A stretch of 64,000 nucleotides of DNA from an uncultured Chlamydiae bacterium. Its GTDB lineage: Bacteria; Chlamydiota; Chlamydiia; Chlamydiales; JAJFMB01. Of this stretch, positions 20,457 to 32,776 are shown piece by piece (position 1 is the stretch's first letter; each line of letters begins with the position of its first letter). The stretch is from assembly GCA_963696295.1 (NCBI GenBank), contig CAVOJR010000001.1:2304001-2368000 (forward strand), written 5' to 3'. The translations under genes were made by a program, and so were the position numbers. The notes under the pieces were generated by a model, which saw nothing but the letters and a program-made list of their open reading frames with translations, was not told the origin of the DNA and did no database searches.

Positions 20457-21744
20457 CAGAATAAAAGACATGCGCGGAAACTTAATCACCCTTGTGGCGC
20501 GCGGGGTGGGTTTGGGCGAGCTTGCCCGGATAGATTTGAGCGACGGGCGGCATGTGTATGCCACTGTCTTGCGGATTGACGGGGATCTCGTCACTTTGCA
20601 GGTTTTCCAAAATACGCGGGGCATATCCACCCATGATAAGGTGACCTTTTTGAACAGGCAGATGCAGGCGGTTTTCGGCCCTTCGCTGCTTGGGCGCAGA
20701 ATCAGCGGCGCTTGCGTGCCGATCGACGGGGGCCCCGATCTGATAGGAGAGGATATTGAAATAGCCGGCACCTCTTTCAATCCGACGAGGCGCGTGGTGC
20801 CAAGAGAGATGGTGCGCACCAATATTCCGATGATCGACATGTTCAATTGTTTGGTCAAATCGCAAAAAATCCCGATTTTTTCCGTGCCCGGCGAGCCTTA
20901 TAATGAACTTTTGATGCGGATCGCCAATCAAACCGACGCGGATGTGGTGATCATTGGCGGGATGGGACTGACTTTTAAAGAGTACCAGGCCTTCATCGAT
21001 AATGCCGAAGAGTCGGGTTCGATGAGTAAAACGGTGATGTTCGTCCATAAGGCCACCGATCCGGCCGTCGAGTGTCTGCTCGTCCCTGATATGGCGCTGG
21101 CCTGCGCGGAGAAATTTGCCGTGAACAACCAGCATGTGCTTGTGTTGCTGACCGATATGACCGCCTTTGCCGATGCGTTAAAAGAGATCGCCGTGACGAT
21201 GGATCAGGTGCCCTCAAACCGGGGCTACCCGGGGTCCCTTTATTCCGATCTCGCTTCCCGCTATGAGAAGGCTGTTTATATCGACGGCAGCGGCTCGATC
21301 ACGATTGTGACGGTGACGACGATGCCGGGAGATGACGTGACCCACCCGATCCCCGATAACACAGGCTACATCACGGAAGGGCAATTTTATTTGCACAATG
21401 GGCAGATCGATCCATTCGGTTCCCTCTCCCGTCTGAAGCAGCTTGTGATCGGCAAAGTGACAAGGGAGGATCATGGCGATCTGGCTAATGCGATGATCCG
21501 CCTCTATTCCGATTCCAAGAAGGCGCGCGAGCGGCAGAGCATGGGTTTCCGTTTGTCCCAGTGGGATGAAAAGCTGCTGAATTATTCCCATTTATTTGAA
21601 GCGCGCATGATGGATTTAGAGGTGAATTGCTCGATTGAAGAAGCCCTCAGCATCGGCTGGAAAACGTTGCAGGAATGTTTTGAGCCGCAAGAGGTGGGCA
21701 TTAAGGAAAAAATGATTGCGAGATATTGGCATGGCGGAGATTAA
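20440..21744 (+). CDS. atpB: V-type ATP synthase subunit B
   Basis: [26 protein letters not shown]. Confidence 0.98.
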   Translation: MKMVYDRIKDMRGNLITLVARGVGLGELARIDLSDGRHVYATVLRIDGDLVTLQVFQNTRGISTHDKVTFLNRQMQAVFGPSLLGRRISGACVPIDGGPDLIGEDIEIAGTSFNPTRRVVPREMVRTNIPMIDMFNCLVKSQKIPIFSVPGEPYNELLMRIANQTDADVVIIGGMGLTFKEYQAFIDNAEESGSMSKTVMFVHKATDPAVECLLVPDMALACAEKFAVNNQHVLVLLTDMTAFADALKEIAVTMDQVPSNRGYPGSLYSDLASRYEKAVYIDGSGSITIVTVTTMPGDDVTHPIPDNTGYITEGQFYLHNGQIDPFGSLSRLKQLVIGKVTREDHGDLANAMIRLYSDSKKARERQSMGFRLSQWDEKLLNYSHLFEARMMDLEVNCSIEEALSIGWKTLQECFEPQEVGIKEKMIARYWHGGD

Positions 21745-22348
21745 GCTGACCAAAAACGAGCTGCGCTTTCAGCAGAATCGTTTGAAACAGCTCGAAAAAT
21801 ACCTGCCTACGCTGCAGTTGAAAAAGGCGATGCTTCAAGCTGAGGTCGGGGAAGCCAGCCTTGAAATTTCCCATTTGGAAGAGGAACTGAAAAAGCAGGT
21901 TCATCAGGTGGAGAAGTATAGCCAGCTTCTTTCGGATCAAAGCATGCTGGAACCGGACCAGGCGGCCAGGGTGGAAGCGGTGAATAAGCGCTACGAAAAT
22001 ATCGCTGGAGTGGAAGTTCCTTATTTTGAAGGGATTATATTTTCTGATTTTGCCTATAGCCTCTTTGAAACCCCTCCTTGGGTCGATGGGGCGATAGAGG
22101 GCCTTAGAAAACTGGTTACCGCCAAGGCAAAGAAGGGCATAGCCGAAGAGAAAAAGAGAGCGCTGGAAAAAGAATTTCGCGAGGTTTCCATCAGGGTGAA
22201 TCTGTTCGAAAAGATTTTAATACCGAGGGCTTTGCGCAATATAAAAAAAATTAAGGTTTTTTTAGGCGACCAGCAGCTGGCGGCTGTTTCCCGGGCCAAA
22301 GTCGCTAAGAGAATCATTGAAGAGCAGAAGAAAAATTATGCGTATTGA
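21731..22348 (+). CDS. atpD: V-type ATP synthase subunit D
   Basis: LTKNEL...[19 protein letters not shown]. Confidence 0.96.
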   Translation: MAEIKLTKNELRFQQNRLKQLEKYLPTLQLKKAMLQAEVGEASLEISHLEEELKKQVHQVEKYSQLLSDQSMLEPDQAARVEAVNKRYENIAGVEVPYFEGIIFSDFAYSLFETPPWVDGAIEGLRKLVTAKAKKGIAEEKKRALEKEFREVSIRVNLFEKILIPRALRNIKKIKVFLGDQQLAAVSRAKVAKRIIEEQKKNYAY

Positions 22349-24227
22349 TGTGAAAAAATTTCTCTTTATCGGAATGGAAGAGGAGCGGAGCGCCTTTTTT
22401 AAAAAAGCGCAAGACTTAGGCCTCATTCAATTTATCGATATCCGCTCGGCCCGCACTCCTGAAATCCCCGAAGAGCTGAAACAGATCAATTATGCCTTAA
22501 AGGTTATAAGAGAGCTTGCGCCTGCAGCCCAGGAGGAGCCTGCGGACGGAGAGTTTGAAGGAATAGTCAGGCGCATAGCGGAACTGAAGCATAGAAAAGA
22601 AGCGCTTTATGAAGAGCAGCGGATGACCAGACTCGAGATAGCCCGTGTGCATGTGTTTGGGGATTTTTCACTGGAAGATATTCGCCTGATCGAAAAGCAG
22701 CGCAAGATCCAGTTTTTCTGCGCCAAGGAGGGAGCTATCACTGCCCTTTCCCCGGAAATCTTTTATGTCGGCACCGATCAGGGGCTCGATTATTTTGTCT
22801 CCATTTCTAAAGAGGGCCTCTCTCCTGATCAAATGATCGAAATGCAGATCGATCACCCTTTGGGCGTATTGAAAACTCGTTTAAAAGAGAAGGAAAGCGA
22901 GGCTCACGCAGTAGAGCAAGAGTTAAAAAAATATGCGAAATACAATACTTTTTTGCATCAAGCGCTGAACCACCAATTAAACCGCTTCAACCTGCGGTCT
23001 GCCGAGCAGCTCCCCAGAGAGGAGATGGAAGGAGCCCTATTTGCCGTCGAGGGGTGGATTCCGGCGGATAAAATTTCTTCACTTCACACTTTGACTGAGG
23101 ATTTGTTGGTTCACTTTGAAGAGATCGCCATCGAGAAAAATGAGGTCATACCCACTTATCTCGAAAATACAGGCGTTTCCCGCATAGGGGAGGATCTCGT
23201 CCATTTTTTTGATACCCCGTCAGCTACCGACAAGGACCCCTCTCTTTGGGTGCTCTGTTTTTTCGCCTTTTTTTTCGCCATGATTATCGCCGACGCCGGA
23301 TATGGACTCCTCTATCTTGCCGGGGCCCTCTATATGTCGAACAAAGCCGGGAAATCGAGGTTTACGACACTCGCCCTGATTCTCTGCAGCGCCTGCGTGG
23401 TGTGGGGCGTGCTGATCAACTCTTTCTTCGGAATCAATATCGCCCCTTCCAGCCCCCTTAGAAAAATTTCTCTGCTGCAGTGGCTGGTCGACAAGAAGGC
23501 CGACTTCCATTTGAGCCAGGAAGATGAAATCTATAACGAGTGGCTGGTCAAATATCCCCATTTGGGAGAGGTCAAAAATTACACCGAATTTTTGCAAAAA
23601 GGGGTCTCAGTGGAAAATGGGAAAGAGCGGTTTGATATTCTCAATACCTTCTCTGACAACATTATGCTGGAGCTGTCTTTGCTGATTGGGGTGATCCATA
23701 TCTGCCTCTCCTTTGCGCGCTATTTGGACCGCAATTGGGCCGGCGCGGGATGGATTTTGGCCATTATCGGGGGCTATTTGTATGTGCCCTTTTATCTTCA
23801 TGCCACTTCTCTCGTCCAGTTTGTCTTCGGGTGGAACCGGGAGGCGGCGGCAGAAAACGGCTTTTACCTTTTAATCGGCGGCATTATTCTGGCTGTGGTA
23901 TTGAGTCTGATTCAAAATCGCTTATTTGGATTATTGGAAATTACGCAAACCATACAAATATTTAGCGACGTTTTATCTTATTTGCGCCTCTACGCTTTGG
24001 GTTTGGCGGGCGCCATCATCAGTGTAACGGTCAATGAAATTGCCGGATCGGTGCACATCGTGCTGGGGATTGTTCTGCTGATTATCGGACATGGGATTAA
24101 TATGGTGTTATCCATCATGGGGGGGGTCATTAACGGACTCCGTCTCAATTATTTAGAATGGTATCACTATAGCTTTCAAGGGGGCGGCAAGCAATTTTCC
24201 CCTCTTAGTAAAATAGGAATGGAATAA
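22338..24227 (+). CDS. atpI: V-type ATP synthase subunit I
   Basis: FFAMIIADAGYG; SDVLSYLRLYALGL; LRLNYLEW. Confidence 0.97.
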   Translation: MRIDVKKFLFIGMEEERSAFFKKAQDLGLIQFIDIRSARTPEIPEELKQINYALKVIRELAPAAQEEPADGEFEGIVRRIAELKHRKEALYEEQRMTRLEIARVHVFGDFSLEDIRLIEKQRKIQFFCAKEGAITALSPEIFYVGTDQGLDYFVSISKEGLSPDQMIEMQIDHPLGVLKTRLKEKESEAHAVEQELKKYAKYNTFLHQALNHQLNRFNLRSAEQLPREEMEGALFAVEGWIPADKISSLHTLTEDLLVHFEEIAIEKNEVIPTYLENTGVSRIGEDLVHFFDTPSATDKDPSLWVLCFFAFFFAMIIADAGYGLLYLAGALYMSNKAGKSRFTTLALILCSACVVWGVLINSFFGINIAPSSPLRKISLLQWLVDKKADFHLSQEDEIYNEWLVKYPHLGEVKNYTEFLQKGVSVENGKERFDILNTFSDNIMLELSLLIGVIHICLSFARYLDRNWAGAGWILAIIGGYLYVPFYLHATSLVQFVFGWNREAAAENGFYLLIGGIILAVVLSLIQNRLFGLLEITQTIQIFSDVLSYLRLYALGLAGAIISVTVNEIAGSVHIVLGIVLLIIGHGINMVLSIMGGVINGLRLNYLEWYHYSFQGGGKQFSPLSKIGME

Positions 24228-24232
24228 ATAAA

Positions 24233-24390
24233 CTCGACTTTGTACAATTTTTGAACGAAGATTCAGATTTGAGGCAAACTCCAGCGTAATGAATTTCGAA
24301 GGATTGGGTGTTTATACCCATCCTGAGAAATTCATTTAGCTGGAGGAAGCCTCAAACGGAAGATGAGTTCAAAAATTGTACAAAGTCGAG
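24233..24390. repeat. 158-bp imperfect palindrome between atpI and atpK
   Basis: Perfect 24-bp outer arms CTCGACTTTGTACAATTTTTGAAC; paired inner segments around centre GGGTGTTTATACCC. Confidence 0.9.
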
Positions 24391-24407
24391 AGAAAGGAGT
24401 TACTCAA

Positions 24408-24830
24408 ATGAATTACGATTTAGTCGGCCCGGCGCTGGCCTTGGGATTGAGTGCCATCGGCAGCTCAATTGGGTGCGGGATTGCCGGTATGGCTTCCCAT
24501 GCTGTGATGAGCCGCCTGGATGAGATGCATGGGAAATTTATCGCTATGGCCGCGATGCCCTCTTCGCAAATTATTTACGGGTTTGTCTTGATGCTGGTCA
24601 TGAGTCAAAAGATAGCCGCCGGTTCCCTCTCTCCCATTTCCGCTATCGGCATTGGCGCAAGTTCAGGAGCCGCCATCATGATATCCGCGATTTGGCAAGG
24701 AATGGCCGCGGCGTCGGGCATGCAGGCTACGGCCAAACAGCCGGGGATATTTGGAAAATGTCTGGTCACATTGGGAATCATTGAATCTTTTGCTTTATTT
24801 TCATTAGTGTTTGCGTTACTTATTATTTAA
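24408..24830 (+). CDS. atpK: V-type ATP synthase subunit K (proteolipid)
   Basis: Four TM helices; [26 protein letters not shown]. Confidence 0.96.
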   Translation: MNYDLVGPALALGLSAIGSSIGCGIAGMASHAVMSRLDEMHGKFIAMAAMPSSQIIYGFVLMLVMSQKIAAGSLSPISAIGIGASSGAAIMISAIWQGMAAASGMQATAKQPGIFGKCLVTLGIIESFALFSLVFALLII

Positions 24831-24831
24831 T

Positions 24832-26208
24832 ATGGCACGCATCGAAAAAGACAGTCTAGGCGAGGTGGAAGTTCCGGAAGACCGCTATTATGGCGCCCAA
24901 ACGAAGCGCTCCCTGGACAATTTTCCGATCGGGGAGGAGCGGATGCCGATCGAAGTGGTTTACGCCCTGGCTCTTATCAAAAAAGCGGCGGCGATGGTGA
25001 ATGCCGAATTATCGCTGCTGCCTGAAAAAAAGGGCAAAGCGATCATTGAGGTTTGCGATGAGATATTGGGAGGCAAATGGGACGATCATTTCCCCCTGGT
25101 GGTTTGGCAAACGGGTTCCGGCACCCAGACCAATATGAACGTCAATGAAGTCATTGCGAACCGCGCCAGCGAAATGCTCGGAGGAAAGCGGGGATCGAAG
25201 CTCGTCCACCCCAACGACGATGTCAATTGCTCCCAGTCCTCCAATGACACCTTCCCGACCGCCATGCATATCGCCGCCTCCCTGATGATTCAAAACTTCC
25301 TCATTCCCAGCCTCATCAAGCTGCGAGACACCCTGAACGCCAAGGCCAAGGCCTTTGACCAGATCATCAAGATAGGGAGAACCCATCTGATGGACGCGAC
25401 TCCGCTGACCCTCGGGCAGGAATTTTCCGGCTACGTGAGCCAGCTCGACCACGGTTTGAATGCGCTGGAGAATGCCTTGCCCCATTTGAGCGAGCTCGCC
25501 ATCGGCGGCACAGCGGTCGGCACCGGGATAAACACCCACCCCGAATACGCCGGGCGCATGGCGGAAAAAATTGCGGAGCTGACAAACTATCCCTTCATCA
25601 GCGCGCCCAACAAATTCGAGGCGCTGGCCGCAAACGATGCGGTTGTTGAGACGAGCGGCGTGCTGAAAAGGATCGCCTGTTCGCTCATGAAGATCGCAAA
25701 CGACATCCGCTGGCTGGCCTCAGGGCCCCGCTGCGGCCTCGGGGAGATCCTGCTGCCGGCCAATGAAGCGGGCTCATCGATTATGCCCGGCAAGGTGAAT
25801 CCGACCCAATGCGAGGCGATGACAATGGTGTCCGTGCAGGTGATGGGCAACGATGCGACGATCGGCTTTGCCGGGGCTCTTGGCAATTTCGAGCTCAATG
25901 TCTACAAGCCTGTGATGATTTACAATCTTTTGCAGTCGATCCGGCTGCTTTCCGATGCCTGTACGAGTTTTAATGACAAATGCGCAACAGGGATCGAGCC
26001 CAACCTGGTCCGCATCAAGCAGCATCTCGATTCTTCCCTCATGCTGGCGACCGCGCTCAACCGGGAGCTTGGCTATGATACCGCGGCCAGGATAGTCAAG
26101 AAGGCGCACGCGGAAAATCTCACGCTGAAAGAGGCGGCCCTCGCCTTAAATCTCCTAACCGCCGAGCGCTTCGACGAGATCGTCGACCCCAAAAAGATGA
26201 TTAAGTAA
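24832..26208 (+). CDS. fumC: Fumarate hydratase class II
   Basis: [26 protein letters not shown]. Confidence 0.98.
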   Translation: MARIEKDSLGEVEVPEDRYYGAQTKRSLDNFPIGEERMPIEVVYALALIKKAAAMVNAELSLLPEKKGKAIIEVCDEILGGKWDDHFPLVVWQTGSGTQTNMNVNEVIANRASEMLGGKRGSKLVHPNDDVNCSQSSNDTFPTAMHIAASLMIQNFLIPSLIKLRDTLNAKAKAFDQIIKIGRTHLMDATPLTLGQEFSGYVSQLDHGLNALENALPHLSELAIGGTAVGTGINTHPEYAGRMAEKIAELTNYPFISAPNKFEALAANDAVVETSGVLKRIACSLMKIANDIRWLASGPRCGLGEILLPANEAGSSIMPGKVNPTQCEAMTMVSVQVMGNDATIGFAGALGNFELNVYKPVMIYNLLQSIRLLSDACTSFNDKCATGIEPNLVRIKQHLDSSLMLATALNRELGYDTAARIVKKAHAENLTLKEAALALNLLTAERFDEIVDPKKMIK

Positions 26209-26502
26209 TCAAAATTTGGGTATATGTTCAAGAGGGCGTCCCAATTATCCAATCGGAAATGGATCTGGATTTAGAGTCAAAATTGGCGCCGATAAGGGTA
26301 ATTTTTTTGCACTTACGTTGTTTTATTTGCTCAATCGCACTCGCCGATGTCAAAATCCTGAATTCCTATAGGAAGTTTTTCAAAAAAAGCGTTTATTAGG
26401 ATAGGTTCATCGATTTTTGTAAAGAAAATGTAAATTTTTTTGTATTATATGCTTAATTAAATTATGCTTTAATCTTGATTATAATTAAAATTAGGTGAAA
26501 AA

Positions 26503-26928
26503 ATGAGCTTTTTGATAGATAAATATGAGAGTCCCGGCTTTCATTGGATGGTAGAAACGTCCGAATTTGCCCTTTCTGCGAGCTGTTTATCTGCGGGGCT
26601 TGGCTATCTGCTTCATGCGACCAAAGTGATCCAACTGACCCATCCTCTCCAGGGGGGGATTTATGGCGCCGTGGCGGCAGTAGTCCTATCCATTGCGGCA
26701 AAGTTACTGGCGGATGATAAGGATCGTTTGCCGCCGAACGAAGATCCGCTCACCTATTTTGCCGTGGCAGCCTCCGTTGTGGTGGCGACGGGAGTGACCT
26801 ATGCGGCCGGGTTTCCTATGACTTACATGGCAGGAGCCTGCTTATTTCCCGCTGTCTTCGTGGCAAAAAGGGTGGCGGATGTTTTCCGTGAAGCGTTGAA
26901 AGACAGATACGAGAGCAACTGCTGTTAA
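26503..26928 (+). CDS. Hypothetical membrane protein (about 4 hydrophobic segments)
   Basis: Clean ORF with upstream AGGTG; paired hydrophobic stretches. Confidence 0.7.
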   Translation: MSFLIDKYESPGFHWMVETSEFALSASCLSAGLGYLLHATKVIQLTHPLQGGIYGAVAAVVLSIAAKLLADDKDRLPPNEDPLTYFAVAASVVVATGVTYAAGFPMTYMAGACLFPAVFVAKRVADVFREALKDRYESNCC

Positions 26929-29363
26929 TTTAAGCCTGGGCCCTTGCATGAATGAAAGCCGCTATCCGCTTTTTTCCTTCGGCGCGGAGGTCGAGGTATT
27001 TTTCGATAGCCGCGGCGGTCTTAAGGATAGGAAATTCGAGATCAAAGGGTGAAAGGGGCATTCATTGTCTAAGTCATTCACAATCTATTTACCAGCTAAA
27101 CGTTCATAAATTAATCATCAATTAATAAAAAATAATACTATTTCAAGAGTATTATTTTAAATTATTGTATAATAGTAATAAAAGGTTGATGTTGTATATG
27201 GATGTTAATAATAAAGTCGATATAATTCAAAGTCGGTTTTATGTTAAATTATCTCAGAGCAGGCTATCCGAATTTGGGGACAAATTTCTGAAAAGGGAGC
27301 AATAACAGCTGAAAAGGCAGATAAAATTTGTCTGGAGATACTGTCAGAGGAGGCGTTAACAGAAAATCAATTATCAGATTATTATAAATTAAATAATGTA
27401 GGAAAAGAGTTTGTAATCAAACAAGTGGGAGAAATTTATCTGGATGATAAACAACAGGACAAGGCAAAAGCAATCTCTACAGTTTTTCAGCAAATTGTTA
27501 ATGCAGGTTCCTTACAGGGTAATTTTGGAGAATTCGCTTCGCCGGAATCGCCATTTGTATCTCTCAGCAACATTGATAACGAAGGTGAAGAAATAGAAAA
27601 AGAAGAGCTAATTAAAATGATGGATAAGCATGTTGTTGAGTTTACTAAATGTTATGAAGAACTAACAATGACACAAGATATAGATGAAGATAAAGCAAGG
27701 GAACTTTTGAATGATATTGGCCGTGCTTGCTTAACGCTTGAGAAAATCCCCGAAGGAACTCTTACCGGGGAAGAGAAAAAAGAATATCTGGATAAAGCTA
27801 AAACAGTACAAAATGGCCTGAGAGTTATGCTGGATGAACATGAACGAAAAATGATCGAAAATATTAGCCGGCAAAAGAAACTTTTGTTTGACAACGTAGA
27901 GGCTCAAAAGACCACAGCAGTTCCATCTTCAACCCAAACGGTCATTGATCGAAGGGCAATATTGGACCAATGTCAACTCGACAAAGAAAATAATGACAAA
28001 TCGATCAATGCGGCCGTTTTTAATTTTGAAAATCGATTCATGTCCTTAGCGGGAATGAATGGGGTATGGAAAACAGAATCTCCCGAACAACAACCTTTTA
28101 CTTTAGATGACATCGAACAGCTGAAGCAATGTATTGAGAAATTAGAGCAATACGAGCCTTCAGAAGAAGAAAAACCCGTTATAGATGCATATCTCGGTAA
28201 TTTGAAAACGGGTCTAAAACAAGTAGAGGAAGCACTTGAGAATTGCCGAAATAAATTGTCCAATTTAACTCCGGAAGAACTCGCCCTCGTATCCGATGAA
28301 TTGTTGCAAAATAAGAATTCTCCTGATTACGCATCGAAATTCAATGGCATCGCGGATATTTATTGGACTTGTTATCCGCCTTTTGGGATTAAAATCAGCT
28401 TTTCTAGTCTTTTTCCGAACAATGAATCTGCCCGGAGGTGCGATGCTAATTTTAAGGAAATATTTACTTTAAAGACGTTCAAAGACATATCAGCACAGTC
28501 GCTCAAAGAAATACACGAACACAATATAAATCGCCTTAAACAATTGCGCGGACAAAATCAGGAAAAGTGGAAGGGGAACGCTCCGAATATTACAGTTATA
28601 GGAGGGGGGCCCGGAGGACTTACCAGAGGAATTGTTGCCGGAGTGCTTGGTACAAACTGGCAAGTGGTGGAGAAGCGTGACCGTACGAAGGAAGGTTGGT
28701 CTGCAAAGGCCAGGAAAAACGTTGTTAAAATTTCGGGAGATGAATCCATACAGTTGTTGATGTTTACAGGGGCGGTAGACTCTATGATCATCAATCAAAA
28801 AGCACATTTGGAAAGTAGATTCATTGGAATGACAATTGGCAGTTTAGAAGAAGCTCTGGATGAATCTATTAAGGCTGTATCAGATAATCATGGTAAATTT
28901 GTAAATGCCAAAGCAACAGGTATTGTTACCGGTTATGTTGAAGATGAGACTCATAAGAAAACAATAGTTACAACGGTTAATGTCGAAGGCCGTGAACAGC
29001 TGCCTACCCGAACTGCAGACATCATTGCAATTGCTGCCGGTGGAATAGGAGAGAAAAGTGCCGGTGGAATAGGAATTGGAGAGAAAGTTTTTGGGGATAA
29101 AAGAGAGGATTTTTCAACAGAGACAATGATGTTTGCTGTGAATCTTTCAAATTGTGAAGAGTTGGAAAATGAAAACAAATATTCAAATGATTATAAACCT
29201 GAAAATCCGGATGATATCGAATTTACACACAGACTTTATGGGGGAACAATAGGAACAACGGGGTATGCCACAATTGCTGTTTCGGGGGATTTGACCTTGC
29301 CCCCAAAAACAGGTCCACTCTGAAGTAGAAAATATGCTATCCTTTAACAAAAAGGAAAACAGC

Positions 29364-29627
29364 ATGAAGAAAAGATTTACAGAAGAACAAATAATAAACA
29401 TCCTCAAAGAAGTTGATTCGGGAATTCCCCTTAAAGAGGTATGCCGCAAACATGGAATTAGCTCAGCTTCTTACTACAACTGGAAAGCTAAATTTGGAGG
29501 GATGGAGGTCTCTGAGGCACAAAGACTAAGAAGCCTTGAAGCTGAAAACAGTAAGCTTAAACGCCTTGTAGCTGACCAAGCACTAGACATTGTGGCCCTA
29601 AAGGATGTCCTCGCAAAAAAGTGGTAA
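29364..29627 (+). CDS. IS3 transposase OrfA (HTH)
   Basis: [11 protein letters not shown]...[15 protein letters not shown]6G slippery site at 29615-29621. Confidence 0.95.
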   Translation: MKKRFTEEQIINILKEVDSGIPLKEVCRKHGISSASYYNWKAKFGGMEVSEAQRLRSLEAENSKLKRLVADQALDIVALKDVLAKKW

Positions 29628-30469
29628 GCCCTAAGATAAAGCGCGCTTTGGTTGAGGTCTTAATAAAGGAACACGGCTTAAGCCAAAGGCGCGCTTTCAA
29701 GTTGATGGATTTGCATAGGTCTGTAGGGCGATACATCACCAGAAAAGCAGAAGACAATGAAGAGCGAGAAAGGATTAAATCTATCGCGTTAGAAAGACCT
29801 AGATTTGGGTACAGACGCATACATGTTGTCCTAAAGAAATCTGGTCTGAAAATTAACCATAAGAAGCTTTTCAGGCTCTATAGAGAGATGGGGCTCAAAG
29901 TAAGAAAAAGAGGCTCAAGAAAGAGAGCTGTAGGGCCGAGATTAGCGAAAATACAAGCTACAGAGGTCAATCAGATTTGGAGTCTTGATTTTATGTCGGA
30001 TAGGCTTGCAGATGGAAGAAAAATCAGGTTGCTGAACATAATTGATGTATTTTCAAGGGAGAGCCTAAAGATGATTGTAGACACATCTCTTACAGGGATA
30101 AGGGTAGTTAGAGAATTGGACGATCTGATTAGGAAAAGAGGCAAACCAAAGCAAATAATCAGTGATAATGGAACGGAATTTACAAGTTTAGCAGTTCTTA
30201 AATGGACAGAGAATGCATCGATTGGATGGCATTATATTGATCCAGGAAAACCTATGCAGAATGGGGCTGTTGAGAGCTTTAATGGGAAGGTGAGAGATGA
30301 ATTTCTAAATCAACATTGGTTTATGAGCTTAAGAGAAGTTAAAAAATTAGCTGAAAGTTGGAGAGAAGATTATAATGAACAGCGACCTCATAGTGCTTTA
30401 GACGGCCTTTCGCCAAACGAATATAAAAGGGCTTATGAAAAGAAAATTATAAAGACACGGGTGGCATGA
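29621..30469 (+). CDS. IS3 transposase OrfB (DDE integrase core), expressed by -1 frameshift
   Basis: [24 protein letters not shown]. Confidence 0.96.
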   Translation: MVSPKIKRALVEVLIKEHGLSQRRAFKLMDLHRSVGRYITRKAEDNEERERIKSIALERPRFGYRRIHVVLKKSGLKINHKKLFRLYREMGLKVRKRGSRKRAVGPRLAKIQATEVNQIWSLDFMSDRLADGRKIRLLNIIDVFSRESLKMIVDTSLTGIRVVRELDDLIRKRGKPKQIISDNGTEFTSLAVLKWTENASIGWHYIDPGKPMQNGAVESFNGKVRDEFLNQHWFMSLREVKKLAESWREDYNEQRPHSALDGLSPNEYKRAYEKKIIKTRVA

Positions 30470-31580
30470 GTTTCTAATTTAAGATGGACCTAAGAATGGG
30501 GCAAGGTCAGATTCTGCAAAACGCGTCCGGGAAAAAATGGATAGTATTGGCCGAATGCCTGCCGGTCAAGAGAAACAAGAGGCAGAAGAAAAGCTCAACG
30601 ATTGGTTCATTAAAAATGCTACCCAATACATGAAATGGGCCGGTTATGAGTTACAATCAGGCGGTAACGTTGAATTAGCAAGACCTTTTAATGTAAAAGT
30701 GACAAAAGCCCACGAAGCTGCAAAACAGGAAGGCGATGCTCTTATTATCCCCGCCGGCGATGCGTACACTACCCCGGATCCGGCAGCAGGACTGGGCTGT
30801 GATTTGGCTATATCAAGCGCATTATTTTTCTCTGATGCCATCAATGATAAGAGAGTCGACAAAAATATCAGTCAAATATGCAGGGAGCAAAATCATGCAC
30901 ATAATGTTGCCTATTCCGGTTTAGCAACGGCTTCAATGATGAGGAGAGGGGATTATACTTCTGATTCAGATAAAGTCAATAGTCCATTAATGATCCTTAG
31001 GGAAGCTGAGGCAACGGGTAAGCTGCCGCAGGATATGATTGCCGGTTTGGCTCTGGCATTCCAAAAACATCAGGCAGGAGCACCCAAAACAGTTAAATAC
31101 ACCCGGGAAGACTTGGATTGGTTGAAAAAAGCCAAAGAAATTTTGGAGAATAAAACCGAATTTGAGGGTAAATTGTTGGATAATTGGGAAGAATCAAGAA
31201 AAAATCGCTGGAAAGAATCTCTCCTTAAAGCCATAGAAAATGCCCAAAGAACGGAATAGGAGACTGAACACTTCACAACATAAACCTCATAAACCCGTCG
31301 CTTCAGGACGTGGCCGTATAGGCAAAAAAGGCGTTCCAAAAAATAGGCGGCTGCCGGACATCACGGCTCCTTTGTTAATAACTTCTTAACACTTCGAATG
31401 CATGAATCCGAAAATTTCTATTTTTGCCTAACACAGCTAAAAAATTAATTGTATATTAATCAATAATCTGTTATTATTAATTTACCTCTTAATTATGTTA
31501 ATACTTTTATGTTCGCTTTTTTTATAACTAACTGTTATATTAATTATTAGAACAAGTGAGGTAGTTAAAGGGGGTATAAG

Positions 31581-32774
31581 GTGGGCAATATCCAGGGAGG
31601 TAATCCTCTTATTAGTACAGCTTTAGATATCAATACAATGGCCGATGTCCAAGTGGTGATAAAGAACTATGAACAATTGGTAGGTATATCGGAAATTAGA
31701 GAAAAGATATTAACCATTGTAAAGAAATCATTAATAATGAAGGATCCCAATGTTGATTCACAAATAAAAGAGATTATGAAAACATTGGACGAGAAGTCGT
31801 ACCAAATAGGTGGGAGTGACTTGGCAAAAGAAACGACTAAAAAGGGAATACAAATTCTTAAAGGGGAAATTCTGAACTGTTCCTCTGAAGTTAAGACAAA
31901 GGAGGCACAGGCTCAACCCGTTGTCCCAGCACAAATCGGGAAAGTTAGCCAAGTCACAAGCCCTACCCCTTTCATCACAGATAAAAGACTTGCAAATTTC
32001 AATAACGAAATTACAGCTGTCAGAAAAGATGTGATGGTTACAACCAAAGAAATTGATTTCATCTTCACCGAAATGTCCGAATTGAAATCCCAAGGCAAAC
32101 AATCGTCAAAAGAAATGAGCGAACTAGAAGAACGCAAAAGTCGGCTTAATGCAAGTAGGCAAAAATTAATTGAGCGACATGATGCACTTGTTGGGAATAA
32201 AATAGAGTATGTGAAAAAAAAGTATCCCCATGACCCAGTCTATGCACTGGCAATCCCTCAGACCCTGTCTAAACACAACAACTACTATTCTGTTGGAACT
32301 CAAAAGAAAATGGATGGTGTATGTCAAAATGGAATTTTGTTCGACGAAAATCGGAGTGCCACCGGAATAGGCCCTAAAGCTCATCCATCTCAATCTCAAT
32401 GGGGTATTAATGAAATGGGGGACAGGGGGCTATATTTCAGTGAAGAAACCCCGGCATATCTGTCTGATGATTTGCCTTGGGGCATTCATTGTCAAACGAC
32501 CTCTGACATCAATGGAGTTTCACTAGACTCAATCGCAGCTCTGCAGAGGGAGGGATTCACTAACGAACAGATTGATAGTGCATACGACCGCTTGCAGAGG
32601 GAGCATGATTTTATTCAACATGACGGATTATATCCTAAGTCCACAGAAGTGGTATTTATGCGAAGCAATCAAACACTCCATCTAGTCTCCTTACTAAAGA
32701 CAAGTCCTTCAGGCGTTCAGGCTTTATCCATTACGTCAACAACTCATGATAGCTGGCACAAAGGAAAAACATAA
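31581..32774 (+). CDS. Coiled-coil protein with C-terminal ADP-ribosyltransferase-like domain (putative)
   Basis: YYSVGT...NGI, GDRGLYFS...AYL and terminal TEVVF echo the H-Y-E ART pattern; canonical His absent. Confidence 0.5.
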   Translation: MGNIQGGNPLISTALDINTMADVQVVIKNYEQLVGISEIREKILTIVKKSLIMKDPNVDSQIKEIMKTLDEKSYQIGGSDLAKETTKKGIQILKGEILNCSSEVKTKEAQAQPVVPAQIGKVSQVTSPTPFITDKRLANFNNEITAVRKDVMVTTKEIDFIFTEMSELKSQGKQSSKEMSELEERKSRLNASRQKLIERHDALVGNKIEYVKKKYPHDPVYALAIPQTLSKHNNYYSVGTQKKMDGVCQNGILFDENRSATGIGPKAHPSQSQWGINEMGDRGLYFSEETPAYLSDDLPWGIHCQTTSDINGVSLDSIAALQREGFTNEQIDSAYDRLQREHDFIQHDGLYPKSTEVVFMRSNQTLHLVSLLKTSPSGVQALSITSTTHDSWHKGKT

Positions 32775-32776
32775 AC

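Larger units (their letters stand above)
29292..30509 (+). mobile_element. IS3-family insertion sequence (IS407-group-like), 1218 bp, apparently intact
   Basis: Terminal IRs TGACCTTGCCCC.../...GGGGCAAGGTCA; 4-bp target duplication GATT (29288-29291, 30510-30513); orfA/orfB. Confidence 0.97.
27425..31259 (+). pseudogene. Helical N-terminus plus FAD-dependent monooxygenase (MICAL-like), interrupted by an IS3-family element
   Basis: VIGGGPGG...VVEKR...RKNVV before the IS; AGDA...P..GLG after it; excising the IS and one GATT restores frame (...VSGDSAKRVREKMDSIG...). True start may lie near 27198. Confidence 0.85.

Noticed and set aside
24308..24523. 71-aa ORF and N-terminal extension of atpK from 24363
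   Set aside because: Both arise from the palindrome arm; a strong RBS supports ATG 24408
26930..27061. 43-aa minus-strand ORF MPLSPFDLEFPILK...
   Set aside because: No RBS or recognisable motif; cannot be supported
31291..31315. Hairpin resembling an IS200/IS605 end (CCCGTCGCTTCAGGACGTGG)
   Set aside because: Short, imperfect, single copy, no tnpA/tnpB nearby
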